From the IMG/VR virus record IMGVR_UViG_3300025151_000041, positions 1 to 56,594 of that record: DNA of 56,594 nt; one strand, given 5' to 3'. The position numbers and the translations under genes are program-made. The DNA is from a virus (Duplodnaviria > Caudoviricetes). The notes under the pieces are model-generated. The model saw only the letters and a list, made by a program, of their open reading frames with translations. It was not told the DNA's origin and did not search any database. Below, piece by piece: positions 20,709-30,180 of the stretch. Each line of letters starts with the position of its first letter. The stretch's first letter is position 1.

Positions 20709-21624
20709 CGCTACATTGAAAAAATACCAAGAATTTTACTATTGGATAAACGAAAGACACGCAATATATCAAAAGCGTAAGGAAAATCTTCCTCCTCCTT
20801 GGACAGATGACCCCATACTACAAGAATATAAATTTACAAACCCTTTTCGTGAAAACGATAGAGACACAATATGGATGAGACAAAATTGGACTAAGCCACA
20901 CCATAACAGACCACACGGAGAAATTATATTCAACTGTTGTTTGTTCCGTATGGTTGGCACACCAGAATTTGCCGAACATCACGGGTGGGTTCATGACATG
21001 AATGGCACTTGGGACTCAGAAAAAACAAAAGAAATTATAGAGCTTCGATTATCTCAACGTCAAAAAACTTTTACAGGAGCTTACATAATTCCAAACAGGG
21101 GTTTGACTTTACCAAAATCGCAAGTTGTTGTGGATCTTTTTCTTAAACCAATATGGGAAAATCGAGAAGTGATAGCAAATGTCGCCAAGTGTTCGCAGTC
21201 TTTACAACACACACATGAACACTTTGCCAATTACAATGGTTGGGGTGGTGGCGGATTTATGGCGTATGAAGTTGTAACAGATTTAAACAACACACCTGTT
21301 CTTAAAGATGCACAAGACCGTTACAGGTGGGCGAACGCAGGACCAGGAGCAAGGAGAGGTTTAAATAGGTTACATGGCAGACCACTCAAAAAACGATACC
21401 CTATGAGTCAGCTTAACGACGAGATGAACCATTTGTTAAGTTGGGCAGAGGCTTTTGCAGGTGATCATGTTCCTAAAAACGAAATTGATATGCGTGTTAT
21501 AGAGCATAGTTTGTGTGAATGGGATAAATACCAACGAGTATTGTTAAACGAGGGTAGACCTAGATCAAAGTACAATCCTGACTTAGTATCTAATCACAAT
21601 TTTGTAGCAGGACCGATTGACTAA
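20689..21624 (+). CDS. 5-hmdU DNA kinase helical-domain (aGPT-PPlase1-type) DNA base-modification protein
   Basis: WINERH.IY, PPPWTDDPILQEYKFTN..RE.DR.T.W, G.GGFMAYEVVTDL, AGPGARRGL, IEHSLCEWDKY. Confidence 0.8.
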   Translation: MMTNLPDATLKKYQEFYYWINERHAIYQKRKENLPPPWTDDPILQEYKFTNPFRENDRDTIWMRQNWTKPHHNRPHGEIIFNCCLFRMVGTPEFAEHHGWVHDMNGTWDSEKTKEIIELRLSQRQKTFTGAYIIPNRGLTLPKSQVVVDLFLKPIWENREVIANVAKCSQSLQHTHEHFANYNGWGGGGFMAYEVVTDLNNTPVLKDAQDRYRWANAGPGARRGLNRLHGRPLKKRYPMSQLNDEMNHLLSWAEAFAGDHVPKNEIDMRVIEHSLCEWDKYQRVLLNEGRPRSKYNPDLVSNHNFVAGPID

Positions 21625-22940
21625 TGAAATTTTTAATGACTATACACTATATTCAAGATTATGGTGGGATAATGAACCACGCCGAATATCTTGCAAAAGG
21701 TTTAAAAGCACTTGGGCATGAAGTTGATTTTGTTTCGTTGCTTCCGCAATTTTCGACAACACAAAGCAATCGACCACGAAAAGATATGGAAGAGTATCGT
21801 ACTGTTGGCACAGGATACCCCTACCACCAGAAACGAGGATGGATGGGTGTACCAAGAGTAGGCTATCGAGATATGTACACAAGAAAAAAGTGGCTAGAAA
21901 AATGCAGTAAGTATGATGCCGTGTTGTGGCACTTGCCTGTTCCTGCTCTAACAGCTCCAAACAAAAATGTTCAAGAGTGGGTAGAGCTTTACGATCATGG
22001 GAGCAAAAACATAGCAATAATACATGATGGTAATTTAAGAGAACGCAACTGTCATTTGCTTCATGTTTCGGATAAGTTTCATGCTATGGTTTGTGTTCAT
22101 GAATCCGCTATGGGTTCAGCAGATGTAATCGACATACCCCGAAAGCTGATTGTAAACCCTTTCGATTTTGACTTGGAGCAACTTGAAAACGACATATACG
22201 GTAACTCTAACTTTGAACAAAGAAGCGGTTTTTGTGCAGTACAGGTATTCAAAGGCTGGAAACGTGTTGATACTTTAATAAGAGCAATACCCCACATGAA
22301 AAACCAAGAACAGAAAACACTTGGTGGTTTGGGTATAGAGTTTCGTTACATGACAAGCAAGGATAAATGCAAGCCGAAGTATTTTGAAAAAGGAGAACGT
22401 ATTTGGGATATTGCTTTGCGTCATGGCATGAAACATTTAGGAGCTGTTCCGAATGACAATGTGTATAAGTTACTTCAAACAGCAAAGGTACAAATAGACC
22501 CTAGCTTTAGTGACAAGTATCGTAAGTTTGGTTCTCATTTTAACCGCACAACTATAGAAGCTATAATTAATGGTACTGTTCCTATGGCAACTGATTGGGG
22601 TATGCAAGACAGTAAGATATTCACTCCTGGAGAAAACTTCATTGAAATACCTAAAAGTAGTTCACCACAACAATTTGCTGAAATTGTTGACGGTGCGTTA
22701 AATGATCACGTTTTCTGGCAACGAGTGAGAGAAACTAATTTACAGATTATCGAGCAATTTCACATGGTAAACGTAGCAAGTGAGTATGTAAAACTTGTCA
22801 CTGACCCTGTTAATTCCTTACCAAAAGGAACACCAGATTTAACAACTCAATTAAACTGTGTGGAAACTTTAAAATATTTCAATGTAGAGCCAAAAGAGGT
22901 AGGAGTATTGCAAGCAGAGAAACAGGCAACACTTTTTTAG
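21624..22940 (+). CDS. GT-B fold glycosyltransferase
   Basis: N-terminal YGG...L.KGLKALGHEV; KGWKRVDTLIRA; HFNRTTIEAIINGTVP. Confidence 0.75.
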   Translation: MKFLMTIHYIQDYGGIMNHAEYLAKGLKALGHEVDFVSLLPQFSTTQSNRPRKDMEEYRTVGTGYPYHQKRGWMGVPRVGYRDMYTRKKWLEKCSKYDAVLWHLPVPALTAPNKNVQEWVELYDHGSKNIAIIHDGNLRERNCHLLHVSDKFHAMVCVHESAMGSADVIDIPRKLIVNPFDFDLEQLENDIYGNSNFEQRSGFCAVQVFKGWKRVDTLIRAIPHMKNQEQKTLGGLGIEFRYMTSKDKCKPKYFEKGERIWDIALRHGMKHLGAVPNDNVYKLLQTAKVQIDPSFSDKYRKFGSHFNRTTIEAIINGTVPMATDWGMQDSKIFTPGENFIEIPKSSSPQQFAEIVDGALNDHVFWQRVRETNLQIIEQFHMVNVASEYVKLVTDPVNSLPKGTPDLTTQLNCVETLKYFNVEPKEVGVLQAEKQATLF

Positions 22941-23052
22941 CTAATATAAGCAACGTAGATAAGCAGAACTAAGTGCTTGTAGGGTAGGGTAGCTAAAACA
23001 ATAAAAGATCACTGTATAAGGCTTAAAACGGCAAAGAAAGGCAAATTAACAA

Positions 23053-24102
23053 ATGACTACACAATTAAATGGTAAATTAGGCACACATAGGGGTGTGACG
23101 GCGTTTTCTTTCAAAGACATAAACGAAGCTCTGTATGTTTTAAAAGAGGAAGTGTTAGAAAATGGTGACAGAGTAGAAACTCGAAATGGAACAGCTTACG
23201 AAATTCCATCACCTGTTGCCGTAACATTTAACAGACCAACAAGGCGAGTTTTGTTCTACAGACAGAGAGATGCCAACCCTGTTTTCCATTTTTTAGAAAG
23301 TATATGGATGTTAGCAGGTCGTAACGATCTTGCATGGATACAAAATTATAACAAAAGAATGGCAGAGTATAGCGACGACGGTGAAATTTTCAATGGTGCG
23401 TATGGATATAGGTGGCGAAACCACTTCGACAAAGACCAAATAGAAATAGCTTGCCAAAGATTAATAGAATACGAAAACGATAGAAGAGCAGTGGTAACAA
23501 TGTGGGATCCTACCTTCGACCTTACAGATTCTAACAAAGGTAAAGATCACCCCTGCAACACTCACATATACTTTTCGGTAAGAAAAAACAGGCTCGATAT
23601 GACAGTATGCAACCGAAGTAACGATTTAATCTGGGGTATGTGCGGAGCAAACGCAGTACATATGAGTATGCTACAGGAATATATGGCTTCTGTTATCGAC
23701 GCAGGGATTGGTATTTACACACAATTTACCAATAACCTTCATGCTTACTTTGATACGCTAGAAAAACTTGTCGATATGCAACCTGACTATGATGCTTACA
23801 AGACAAGAGGATTAGTGCCATACCCATTAGTTGATGAGCCGTCAACCTTTTTAAAAGAAGCAGAAAAGTTTTGCTCTGAAATAATCGCAATGGAAAAGAT
23901 GACCGAAAAGAAATTAAATTACGTCTACGACAATACAGTTTTCGAAGAAGTAGGTTTACCAATGCACAATATGTATATGGCGTGGAAAGATAAAAATTAT
24001 GACGAAGCCTATTTGTGTGCTATGGACATAAAAGCCGCAGATTGGAGACTTGCTTGTAAAGAATGGCTCGAAAGGAGAAAACCGAATGGCAAACGTATAT
24101 AG
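23053..24102 (+). CDS. thymidylate synthase-family enzyme, probable dUMP hydroxymethylase
   Basis: GAYGYRWR, RRAV..MWDP, catalytic PC (KDHPCN), RSND..WG..GANAVH with Asn at the dUMP-specificity position, NNLHAY. Confidence 0.8.
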   Translation: MTTQLNGKLGTHRGVTAFSFKDINEALYVLKEEVLENGDRVETRNGTAYEIPSPVAVTFNRPTRRVLFYRQRDANPVFHFLESIWMLAGRNDLAWIQNYNKRMAEYSDDGEIFNGAYGYRWRNHFDKDQIEIACQRLIEYENDRRAVVTMWDPTFDLTDSNKGKDHPCNTHIYFSVRKNRLDMTVCNRSNDLIWGMCGANAVHMSMLQEYMASVIDAGIGIYTQFTNNLHAYFDTLEKLVDMQPDYDAYKTRGLVPYPLVDEPSTFLKEAEKFCSEIIAMEKMTEKKLNYVYDNTVFEEVGLPMHNMYMAWKDKNYDEAYLCAMDIKAADWRLACKEWLERRKPNGKRI

Positions 24103-24415
24103 TCCTACAATAGAAAAAGTTATGGAGCTATGCAACCAAGACTCACTTGCTTTGCACGAAGCTGAAAAATCGTATGCAGATAGTTGGAAAAAGCGTGGTG
24201 GCGTTGGTGCAATGATGATGCTTGCTCGAAAGTGGGATCGTATCGAAAACCAAGTTCAAAATGATAATTATGATATTTTTACTGCTATATCGAATGATGC
24301 AAGCAGTGATGGTATTATGGATGACATTCGTGACTTACGCAGGTATCTTCTTTTGGTCGAAGCAGAAATGGTAATGAGAGGTACGGTGAATGCCGAAAGA
24401 AGAAGAGAAACTTGA
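24086..24415 (+). CDS. DUF1599 / nucleotide-modification-associated (MazG-like helical) protein
   Basis: Start after AAGGAG; YADSW.KRG..G......RKWDRIEN...DDIRDLRRY. Confidence 0.6.
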   Translation: MANVYSPTIEKVMELCNQDSLALHEAEKSYADSWKKRGGVGAMMMLARKWDRIENQVQNDNYDIFTAISNDASSDGIMDDIRDLRRYLLLVEAEMVMRGTVNAERRRET

Positions 24416-24542
24416 TGAAAAAGTCCTAGCTGTCTGTGCCTGTGGGAAAGAAGAAAAATACCTTACATACCGAAACCTAAAAAACAGATGGCCTCATTGT
24501 TCCTGTAAAATGTCTATGAAAGTTTTAACCAATGCAACTTAA
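24390..24542 (+). CDS. small CxC...CxC protein (not in ORF track)
   Basis: Manual translation MPKEEEKLDEKVLAVCACGKEEKYLTYRNLKNRWPHCSCKMSMKVLTNAT*; fills the gap before polA. Confidence 0.5.
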   Translation: MPKEEEKLDEKVLAVCACGKEEKYLTYRNLKNRWPHCSCKMSMKVLTNAT

Positions 24543-26409
24543 AATGTTTATGCCACAGAGCGAATGGGTCTGCCCCGATAGTTTTCCAGACTTGAGCCGA
24601 TATAAAGAAGTTTGTATTGACCTCGAAACATATGATCCAGGATTACTGCAAAAAGGTTCTGGGTGGGCAACAAATCATGGTCATATTATTGGTATCGCTG
24701 TCGCAGTTGAAGGCAACCAATGGTATTTTCCTATCCGACATGAAAACGGCGGTAATTTAGACACCAAGCGAACTTTTGCATGGTTACGAGATGTTGTAAG
24801 CGTAGACCGTGATTATGTGTTTCATAATGCAAGTTATGATGTTGGGTGGTTGCTCTGTGAAAATATCGAGGTAAAGGGCAGGATTGTTGACACAATGGTA
24901 GTTAGTGCCTTACTTGATGAAAACCGATTTAGCTATAGTTTGAACGCATTGGCAAAAGATTACCTTAACGAACGTAAACAAGAAACCGAGTTACGAGAAG
25001 CCGCCGCAGAGTTTGGAGTAAACCCAAAAAGCGAGATGTATAAACTACCAGCTCAGTATGTAGGGTTGTATGCAGAGCAAGATGCCGCTATCACTTTACG
25101 ATTGTGGCAAAGATTCAAAGGCTTAATTATCGAGGAAAATGTTGAAGATATTTTTAAACTAGAGTTAGATGTTTTACAGTCCACAATTTTAATGCGGAAA
25201 AAAGGTGTAAGAGTTGATTTAGAAAAAGCCGAACTGCTAAAGGCAGATTTGCAGGAAAAAGAAAACACGATACTCCACACCATAAAAAAGCAATACTCTG
25301 TAGATGTTGATCTATGGGCGGCTGTGAGCATAGCCAAAGCCTTTGATTCTGCTGGTTTGAAGTATAACTATACAGAAAAAACAGAAGCACCGAGTTTTAC
25401 TAAAAGTTTTCTTACTAATCATGAGCATGAGTTACCACGTATGATTGTAAAGGCTAGGGAATATAACAAAGCTAGAACAACTTTTATCGACACAATACTC
25501 CGCCACCAACATAAGGGTAGAATTCATGCCGAAGCACACAGTTTAAGAAGTGACATAGGCGGTACAATCACAGGGCGGTTTAGTTACAGCAATCCTAACT
25601 TACAGCAAATTCCAGCCCGACACGCTGAGTTAGGACCAATGATACGCAGTTTGTTTTTACCCGAAGAAAACCAAGTGTGGGGAGCATTTGATTACAGTAG
25701 CCAAGAACCACGCATTGTTGTTCACTATGCGAAATTGTTAGAATTTAAAGGTGCAATAGATTTTGCCGAGCAGTATGCCAAAGATGCACGGACTGACTTT
25801 CACCAGATGGCGGCGGACATTGTGGGTGTTCCTCGTAAACAAGCGAAAGATATCAACTTAGGATTGTTTTATGGTATGGGGACAAGAAAACTTGCTAACC
25901 AACTAGATTTAGAGGTTGATGATGCCAAAGAACTATTTGCCGAGTATCACGACAAAGTACCTTTTGTAAGACAATTAGCCGATTACACAATGAACAGAGC
26001 CAACCATAAGGGTGTTATAAGAACATTGTTGGGGAGAAAATGCAGGTTTGACAAATGGGAACCAACCAAGTATGGGAGTTTTAAACCGCAAACATACAAA
26101 GATGCATATGCCGAGCATGGACCAAGTATAAAAAGAGCTTTTACCTACAAAGCCCTCAACAAACTTGTACAGGGGTCAGCCGCTGACCAAACGAAGGCTT
26201 CTATGGTTGCACTCCAAAAAAATGGTATACTCCCTATGATACAGGTGCATGATGAACTTGATATTTCTGTCGAAAGCGAAGAACAAGCTCGACAAATTAC
26301 AGAAATTATGGAAACCTGTGTGGATTTAGAAGTTCCCTCTGTTGTTGATGCCGAGTTTGGTAAGAGTTGGGGGGAGGCAAAGAAACCTTTAGCTGAGGTT
26401 AAGTTTTGA
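24532..26409 (+). CDS. polA: family A DNA polymerase with 3'-5' exonuclease, no 5' nuclease
   Basis: DLET, HNASYD, YAEQD exonuclease motifs; TGRFS, DYSSQEPR (A), RKQAKDINLGLFYG (B), QVHDE (C). Confidence 0.95.
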   Translation: MQLKMFMPQSEWVCPDSFPDLSRYKEVCIDLETYDPGLLQKGSGWATNHGHIIGIAVAVEGNQWYFPIRHENGGNLDTKRTFAWLRDVVSVDRDYVFHNASYDVGWLLCENIEVKGRIVDTMVVSALLDENRFSYSLNALAKDYLNERKQETELREAAAEFGVNPKSEMYKLPAQYVGLYAEQDAAITLRLWQRFKGLIIEENVEDIFKLELDVLQSTILMRKKGVRVDLEKAELLKADLQEKENTILHTIKKQYSVDVDLWAAVSIAKAFDSAGLKYNYTEKTEAPSFTKSFLTNHEHELPRMIVKAREYNKARTTFIDTILRHQHKGRIHAEAHSLRSDIGGTITGRFSYSNPNLQQIPARHAELGPMIRSLFLPEENQVWGAFDYSSQEPRIVVHYAKLLEFKGAIDFAEQYAKDARTDFHQMAADIVGVPRKQAKDINLGLFYGMGTRKLANQLDLEVDDAKELFAEYHDKVPFVRQLADYTMNRANHKGVIRTLLGRKCRFDKWEPTKYGSFKPQTYKDAYAEHGPSIKRAFTYKALNKLVQGSAADQTKASMVALQKNGILPMIQVHDELDISVESEEQARQITEIMETCVDLEVPSVVDAEFGKSWGEAKKPLAEVKF

Positions 26410-26410
26410 T

Positions 26411-26659
26411 ATGTTGCAAGAGTTTGAGCAAATTATAATAAATTTAGAAAAAGCCCGTATGGGAATGCAGAAACACGCCGTAAAGGTAAATCCTGGTCAC
26501 ACCGATACACAGTCAAGCCAAAAAAATTCGGAGGTAACTAAGGTGATAAGCATGATAAAAAGTGTAGAAGGTTTGGTAAAAGAGTTTGAAATGAAAGTTA
26601 AAAGAGGAATTTATTATGGAACCAAAACGACAACTGATGAAGAAACCAACAGTCGTTGA
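26411..26659 (+). CDS. hypothetical protein
   Basis: 82 aa ORF continuing the operon. Confidence 0.5.
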   Translation: MLQEFEQIIINLEKARMGMQKHAVKVNPGHTDTQSSQKNSEVTKVISMIKSVEGLVKEFEMKVKRGIYYGTKTTTDEETNSR

Positions 26660-26837
26660 TTCATTGTCAGAAGCAGTTTATCATTTAGAGCAAGCTGAAT
26701 CACAACTTAGACAAGAAGTGTTAAGTCAGCAACAAGACAAAAGGCACTTGTTAACTATCCATACACTTGTGAATGAAACGATTGATTTTTACCGTGATGT
26801 TTTAACGTATGAGGGGCGACATGAAGGAAAACTTTGA
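26616..26837 (+). CDS. hypothetical protein
   Basis: 73 aa, AGAGG RBS. Confidence 0.5.
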   Translation: MEPKRQLMKKPTVVDSLSEAVYHLEQAESQLRQEVLSQQQDKRHLLTIHTLVNETIDFYRDVLTYEGRHEGKL

Positions 26838-27360
26838 ATCTTGTTTAGAAAAAATTTTAAAACACGAAGGTGGGTTTGTTAATCACCCAGAAGATCCTGG
26901 AGGAATGACAAACATGGGTATCACTAAAAAAGTGTACGAAAAGTTCTTAGGTAAAGAGGTAAGCGAACAAGAAATGCGTGACATACCAAAAGAACACGTT
27001 GCTGAAATTTACCGTAAGAATTATTGGGATAGAGTAAAGGCAGATGATTTGCCCTCTGGTTTAGATTTATGTGTGTTTGACTGGGCGGTAAACAGTGGGA
27101 CAAAGAGAGCTGTTTGTGCATTACAGGAATCAATCGGTGCAGAAGTTGATGGTGTTATGGGACCAATGACTCTTGGTAAAGTAAAAGTTTATGACAACTT
27201 GGAACTTTTAAAGGTAATGAAAGAAAAAAGAGAAAATTTCTACCGTTCTCTTACTCACTTGTTTAAAACATTTGGAACAGGTTGGCTCAGAAGAAACAAT
27301 GAGACATACGAAACAAGTAAAGATTACGCTAAGTCGAGATCACAAGAAGGTTTCTTTTAA
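26821..27360 (+). CDS. endolysin, glycoside hydrolase family 108 with peptidoglycan-binding domain
   Basis: HEGGFVNHPEDPGGMTNMGIT, YW, FDWAVNSG, DGVMGP.T, FG.GW.RR. Confidence 0.9.
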   Translation: MKENFESCLEKILKHEGGFVNHPEDPGGMTNMGITKKVYEKFLGKEVSEQEMRDIPKEHVAEIYRKNYWDRVKADDLPSGLDLCVFDWAVNSGTKRAVCALQESIGAEVDGVMGPMTLGKVKVYDNLELLKVMKEKRENFYRSLTHLFKTFGTGWLRRNNETYETSKDYAKSRSQEGFF

Positions 27361-27443
27361 TCTAAATGACCAAAATATGTTTGGTTAGAATTACATTACA
27401 TATATAATATAATTATTGTAGCAACCGTAGAAAGGGTAAGCAC

Positions 27444-27668
27444 ATGAAATTATATATGGCAATTATACATGAGGACAGTGGGTGGACTCAACACTTTCAC
27501 GATAAAGAGCAACATGAAGAAGCCAAGGAACAAGCAAAGTTGTGGGAAGAACAAGGTTACTCAACTGCGAATGATAAATACACATATCTAGGCGACCCCC
27601 AAACGCCAGAAGAAACTCTAGAAATTATTAACAAACACATCTGGAAAGGAGAGCGTAATGACTACTAA
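27444..27668 (+). CDS. early hypothetical protein
   Basis: ccgtagaaaggg leader; TATAAT upstream. Confidence 0.6.
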   Translation: MKLYMAIIHEDSGWTQHFHDKEQHEEAKEQAKLWEEQGYSTANDKYTYLGDPQTPEETLEIINKHIWKGERNDY

Positions 27669-27912
27669 AGTAATTAAATTGCGAGAAGACCTTTTCGTGC
27701 CTTGGATGACTGAGGATTTTGAAGCGGAAGACTTAGTTGGAGTAGGGGATGTGCCACTCAGAGATCATTGTTTCTCTATAGCAGGATTAATTCCAATACA
27801 ACACATTGAGAATTGGGAAGAAGTTAAGGATGATTTATCTCATCTAGATGATGGGGGTTATCTATCGCCTGATAACCGTTTTATTTCTAAATACAAAGTC
27901 GTGTGGGTGTAA
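27658..27912 (+). CDS. early hypothetical protein
   Basis: AAGGAG RBS; acidic, 84 aa. Confidence 0.55.
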   Translation: MTTKVIKLREDLFVPWMTEDFEAEDLVGVGDVPLRDHCFSIAGLIPIQHIENWEEVKDDLSHLDDGGYLSPDNRFISKYKVVWV

Positions 27913-27922
27913 GGAGACGATA

Positions 27923-28162
27923 ATGAAAATTAAAGTTAACGAAATTAGAACAAGAGTTTTTGAAATACCAGAAGGCGGACACGAAGAGGACAAGCTTATG
28001 TCTGATTATTTAGATGAGGACAATCTTGCCTCAGATTGTGAGATAGCTGAGTTTTTCAAAGAAAAAGGCACTGTGTTGTCGGATACATCTGAGTATGCGG
28101 AGAATCCTATTTCGTTTGATGTAGAAGGTTTTTATTATGAGGAGACAGACGATGAGCAGTAA
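27923..28162 (+). CDS. early acidic hypothetical protein
   Basis: Likely start MKIKVNE after AAGGAG. Confidence 0.55.
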   Translation: MKIKVNEIRTRVFEIPEGGHEEDKLMSDYLDEDNLASDCEIAEFFKEKGTVLSDTSEYAENPISFDVEGFYYEETDDEQ

Positions 28163-28442
28163 AGAAATAGAAAAAAGATGGTTGAAAAAGATTAAGCCTA
28201 TTTTAGTCGGGGCTAAAATAACTCATGTGCAGTACATGGAAAAAGAAGAGTATTGGAGCAACAGACCACTTGAAATTTATCTGGATAATGGTTCGGTTTT
28301 GTTCGCCATGAAAGATGATGAAGGCAATGATGCAGGAGCGTATTCTTTTGCATATACCGACAAAATTAAACCAGAGACAGATAAGGCAATCAGAGAATTA
28401 GGTGGTGTTATTCCTGTTATTGGAGGAACGAACGATGAGTAA
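28152..28442 (+). CDS. early hypothetical protein
   Basis: Start MSSKE after GAGGAG; DDEGNDAGA motif. Confidence 0.6.
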   Translation: MSSKEIEKRWLKKIKPILVGAKITHVQYMEKEEYWSNRPLEIYLDNGSVLFAMKDDEGNDAGAYSFAYTDKIKPETDKAIRELGGVIPVIGGTNDE

Positions 28443-28617
28443 AGATATAACTGAAGACATAGATGACATTTGCCAATCTCAGTATGGACATACTAATTGG
28501 GCATTTGCTGATATGCTAACCGATAAAGAATTGGAAGAAATTAAAAATAAAAAGCTAGGTGATGTAATGCCAAGCATTGTTTTTTATTATGAGGAAAGAG
28601 AGGAAAACGATGAGTGA
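28435..28617 (+). CDS. early hypothetical protein
   Basis: Start MSKDI after GGAGG. Confidence 0.5.
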   Translation: MSKDITEDIDDICQSQYGHTNWAFADMLTDKELEEIKNKKLGDVMPSIVFYYEEREENDE

Positions 28618-28807
28618 AACAGAAAAAGAATTTAAGTTTGAGCTTAGTGAAGTTGTAACTACCGAAGTTACTGTCACAGCATCTTCTTACGAAAAAGCAA
28701 AAGAACAAATGCTTGCAGGTAACTGGGATTGCGAAGAAGTAATAGACGTAGAAGGTGCTGACTGGGTATGTACGGATAACCCCATGCCCGACTCAGATAA
28801 AGATTAA
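28610..28807 (+). CDS. early acidic hypothetical protein
   Basis: Start MSETE after GAGG; V.A.S.E.A.E pattern. Confidence 0.55.
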   Translation: MSETEKEFKFELSEVVTTEVTVTASSYEKAKEQMLAGNWDCEEVIDVEGADWVCTDNPMPDSDKD

Positions 28808-28870
28808 AAAGTTTTTTGTAAGAAATTTTTATATGTTATAATATAAAAAAGTAACATACCGCAGAAAGGG
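28801..28870 (+). promoter_or_regulatory. sigma70-like early promoter (extended -10) and AGAAAGGG RBS
   Basis: ttaaaaagttttttgtaagaaa...TGtTATAAT; near-duplicate at 31466-31510. Confidence 0.65.
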
Positions 28871-28877
28871 TACAGTT

Positions 28878-29384
28878 GTGAATATATTTTACTTAGACCC
28901 CGACATACAAAAATGTGTTGAGCTTCATTGCGACAAGCACGTTGTAAAGATGCCGTTAGAAACAACGCAAATGCTCTGCACTGTGCATCACCGATACGGG
29001 GGTGACGCACCATACAAACCTGTTCATGCCAAACATCCTTGTACGTTATGGGCAGGAAACTTCTATCTTAACTACAGGTGGCTCTGGGATTTCGGTATTG
29101 CCCTGTGCCAAGAATACACATATCGCTACGACAAAATTCATGCGTGTGAGGCTGTTCTCAACAAAATCAAATACCCACCAAAAGATATACCCGATAGCAC
29201 TGATCATAGCTTGTATACACACAATGAGTTGAGTGCTCCGCCACAATGTATGCCAGAAGAATACAAAGACCCACAGGATACAGTCAACGCATACAGGCAA
29301 TACTATCAGCACACAAAAGCAGATTTTTGCAGGTGGACTAAACGACCAACACCTAGTTTCATGAAAAAGTTTTTACGGGAGTGA
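28878..29384 (+). CDS. pyrimidine-dimer DNA glycosylase-like (T4 endonuclease V-related) protein
   Basis: MNIFYLD, HCDKHVVKM.LE..QML.T, YK..H..HPCT.W, PQCMP, AYR.YY. Confidence 0.7.
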   Translation: MNIFYLDPDIQKCVELHCDKHVVKMPLETTQMLCTVHHRYGGDAPYKPVHAKHPCTLWAGNFYLNYRWLWDFGIALCQEYTYRYDKIHACEAVLNKIKYPPKDIPDSTDHSLYTHNELSAPPQCMPEEYKDPQDTVNAYRQYYQHTKADFCRWTKRPTPSFMKKFLRE

Positions 29385-29809
29385 AGTATATGCAATTAAG
29401 TGTAGAAAAATCATACCTTGCAACTGTTCAATGTTTTGGCTTGATCACCAAAAGGCGTGTTCTCTTGCATGGACACGAGAGCGATTTAGAAAAGTGGATT
29501 GATGGAGGTTTAGAACAATGGCGAGAAAGACAAGAAAAAGTACATCAAAAGTTTGAAGCAGAATATCAATACGATGACACACATCTAGGTGACATGACAA
29601 TAGAAGCCGTACACAATGCCCTCATTGGACATGATATGGGATTCAAAGGAGGGGTTAATGATTACAAATATAGGATAATTAGGGTTTTAACTATTGATGA
29701 AATAGACCCTCTTGGTCTAGCAACTAAAACAGTATGGGAGGCAACAGATGACTATCCGTTCGACAACGAAGAAAGTGCGTACATCAAGAAATTTTCTCCG
29801 AGATGGTAA
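29381..29809 (+). CDS. early hypothetical protein
   Basis: 142 aa ORF overlapping the upstream stop. Confidence 0.55.
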   Translation: MKYMQLSVEKSYLATVQCFGLITKRRVLLHGHESDLEKWIDGGLEQWRERQEKVHQKFEAEYQYDDTHLGDMTIEAVHNALIGHDMGFKGGVNDYKYRIIRVLTIDEIDPLGLATKTVWEATDDYPFDNEESAYIKKFSPRW

Positions 29810-29810
29810 A

Positions 29811-29957
29811 ATGTTTGGGATGATAACGGGAAACTTTGAACGTGATGTAACAAACAAGAGGCTGTCACACGATGACCTTTTTATAATGCAGAAATATTTA
29901 GAAGAAGTTATGTGGGAAGAGTTACACAGAGATAAAATAGAACAAAACTGGAGGTAA
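29811..29957 (+). CDS. small hypothetical protein
   Basis: Start MFGMI; fills the gap. Confidence 0.4.
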   Translation: MFGMITGNFERDVTNKRLSHDDLFIMQKYLEEVMWEELHRDKIEQNWR

Positions 29958-29961
29958 AGTT

Positions 29962-30180
29962 ATGAACATGGAAGAAGCGTGTGGTATTGTAGGGTACAAC
30001 GCATCACAGTATGCTATAAGAAACATGACCAAAGCATTAAAGATGTTTCGGTTTGGTAACACTGAGGAAGAAGAGGCTCGATTACAGGCTGGTCTCTTTG
30101 TTCTCAGAAGATGGAAAAAGTACCAACAAGCCTGTAATGAATATAGAGATAACAGATATGGAAAACGAAGATTTTCTTAA
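29962..30180 (+). CDS. small basic hypothetical protein
   Basis: GGAGG RBS; 72 aa. Confidence 0.55.
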   Translation: MNMEEACGIVGYNASQYAIRNMTKALKMFRFGNTEEEEARLQAGLFVLRRWKKYQQACNEYRDNRYGKRRFS

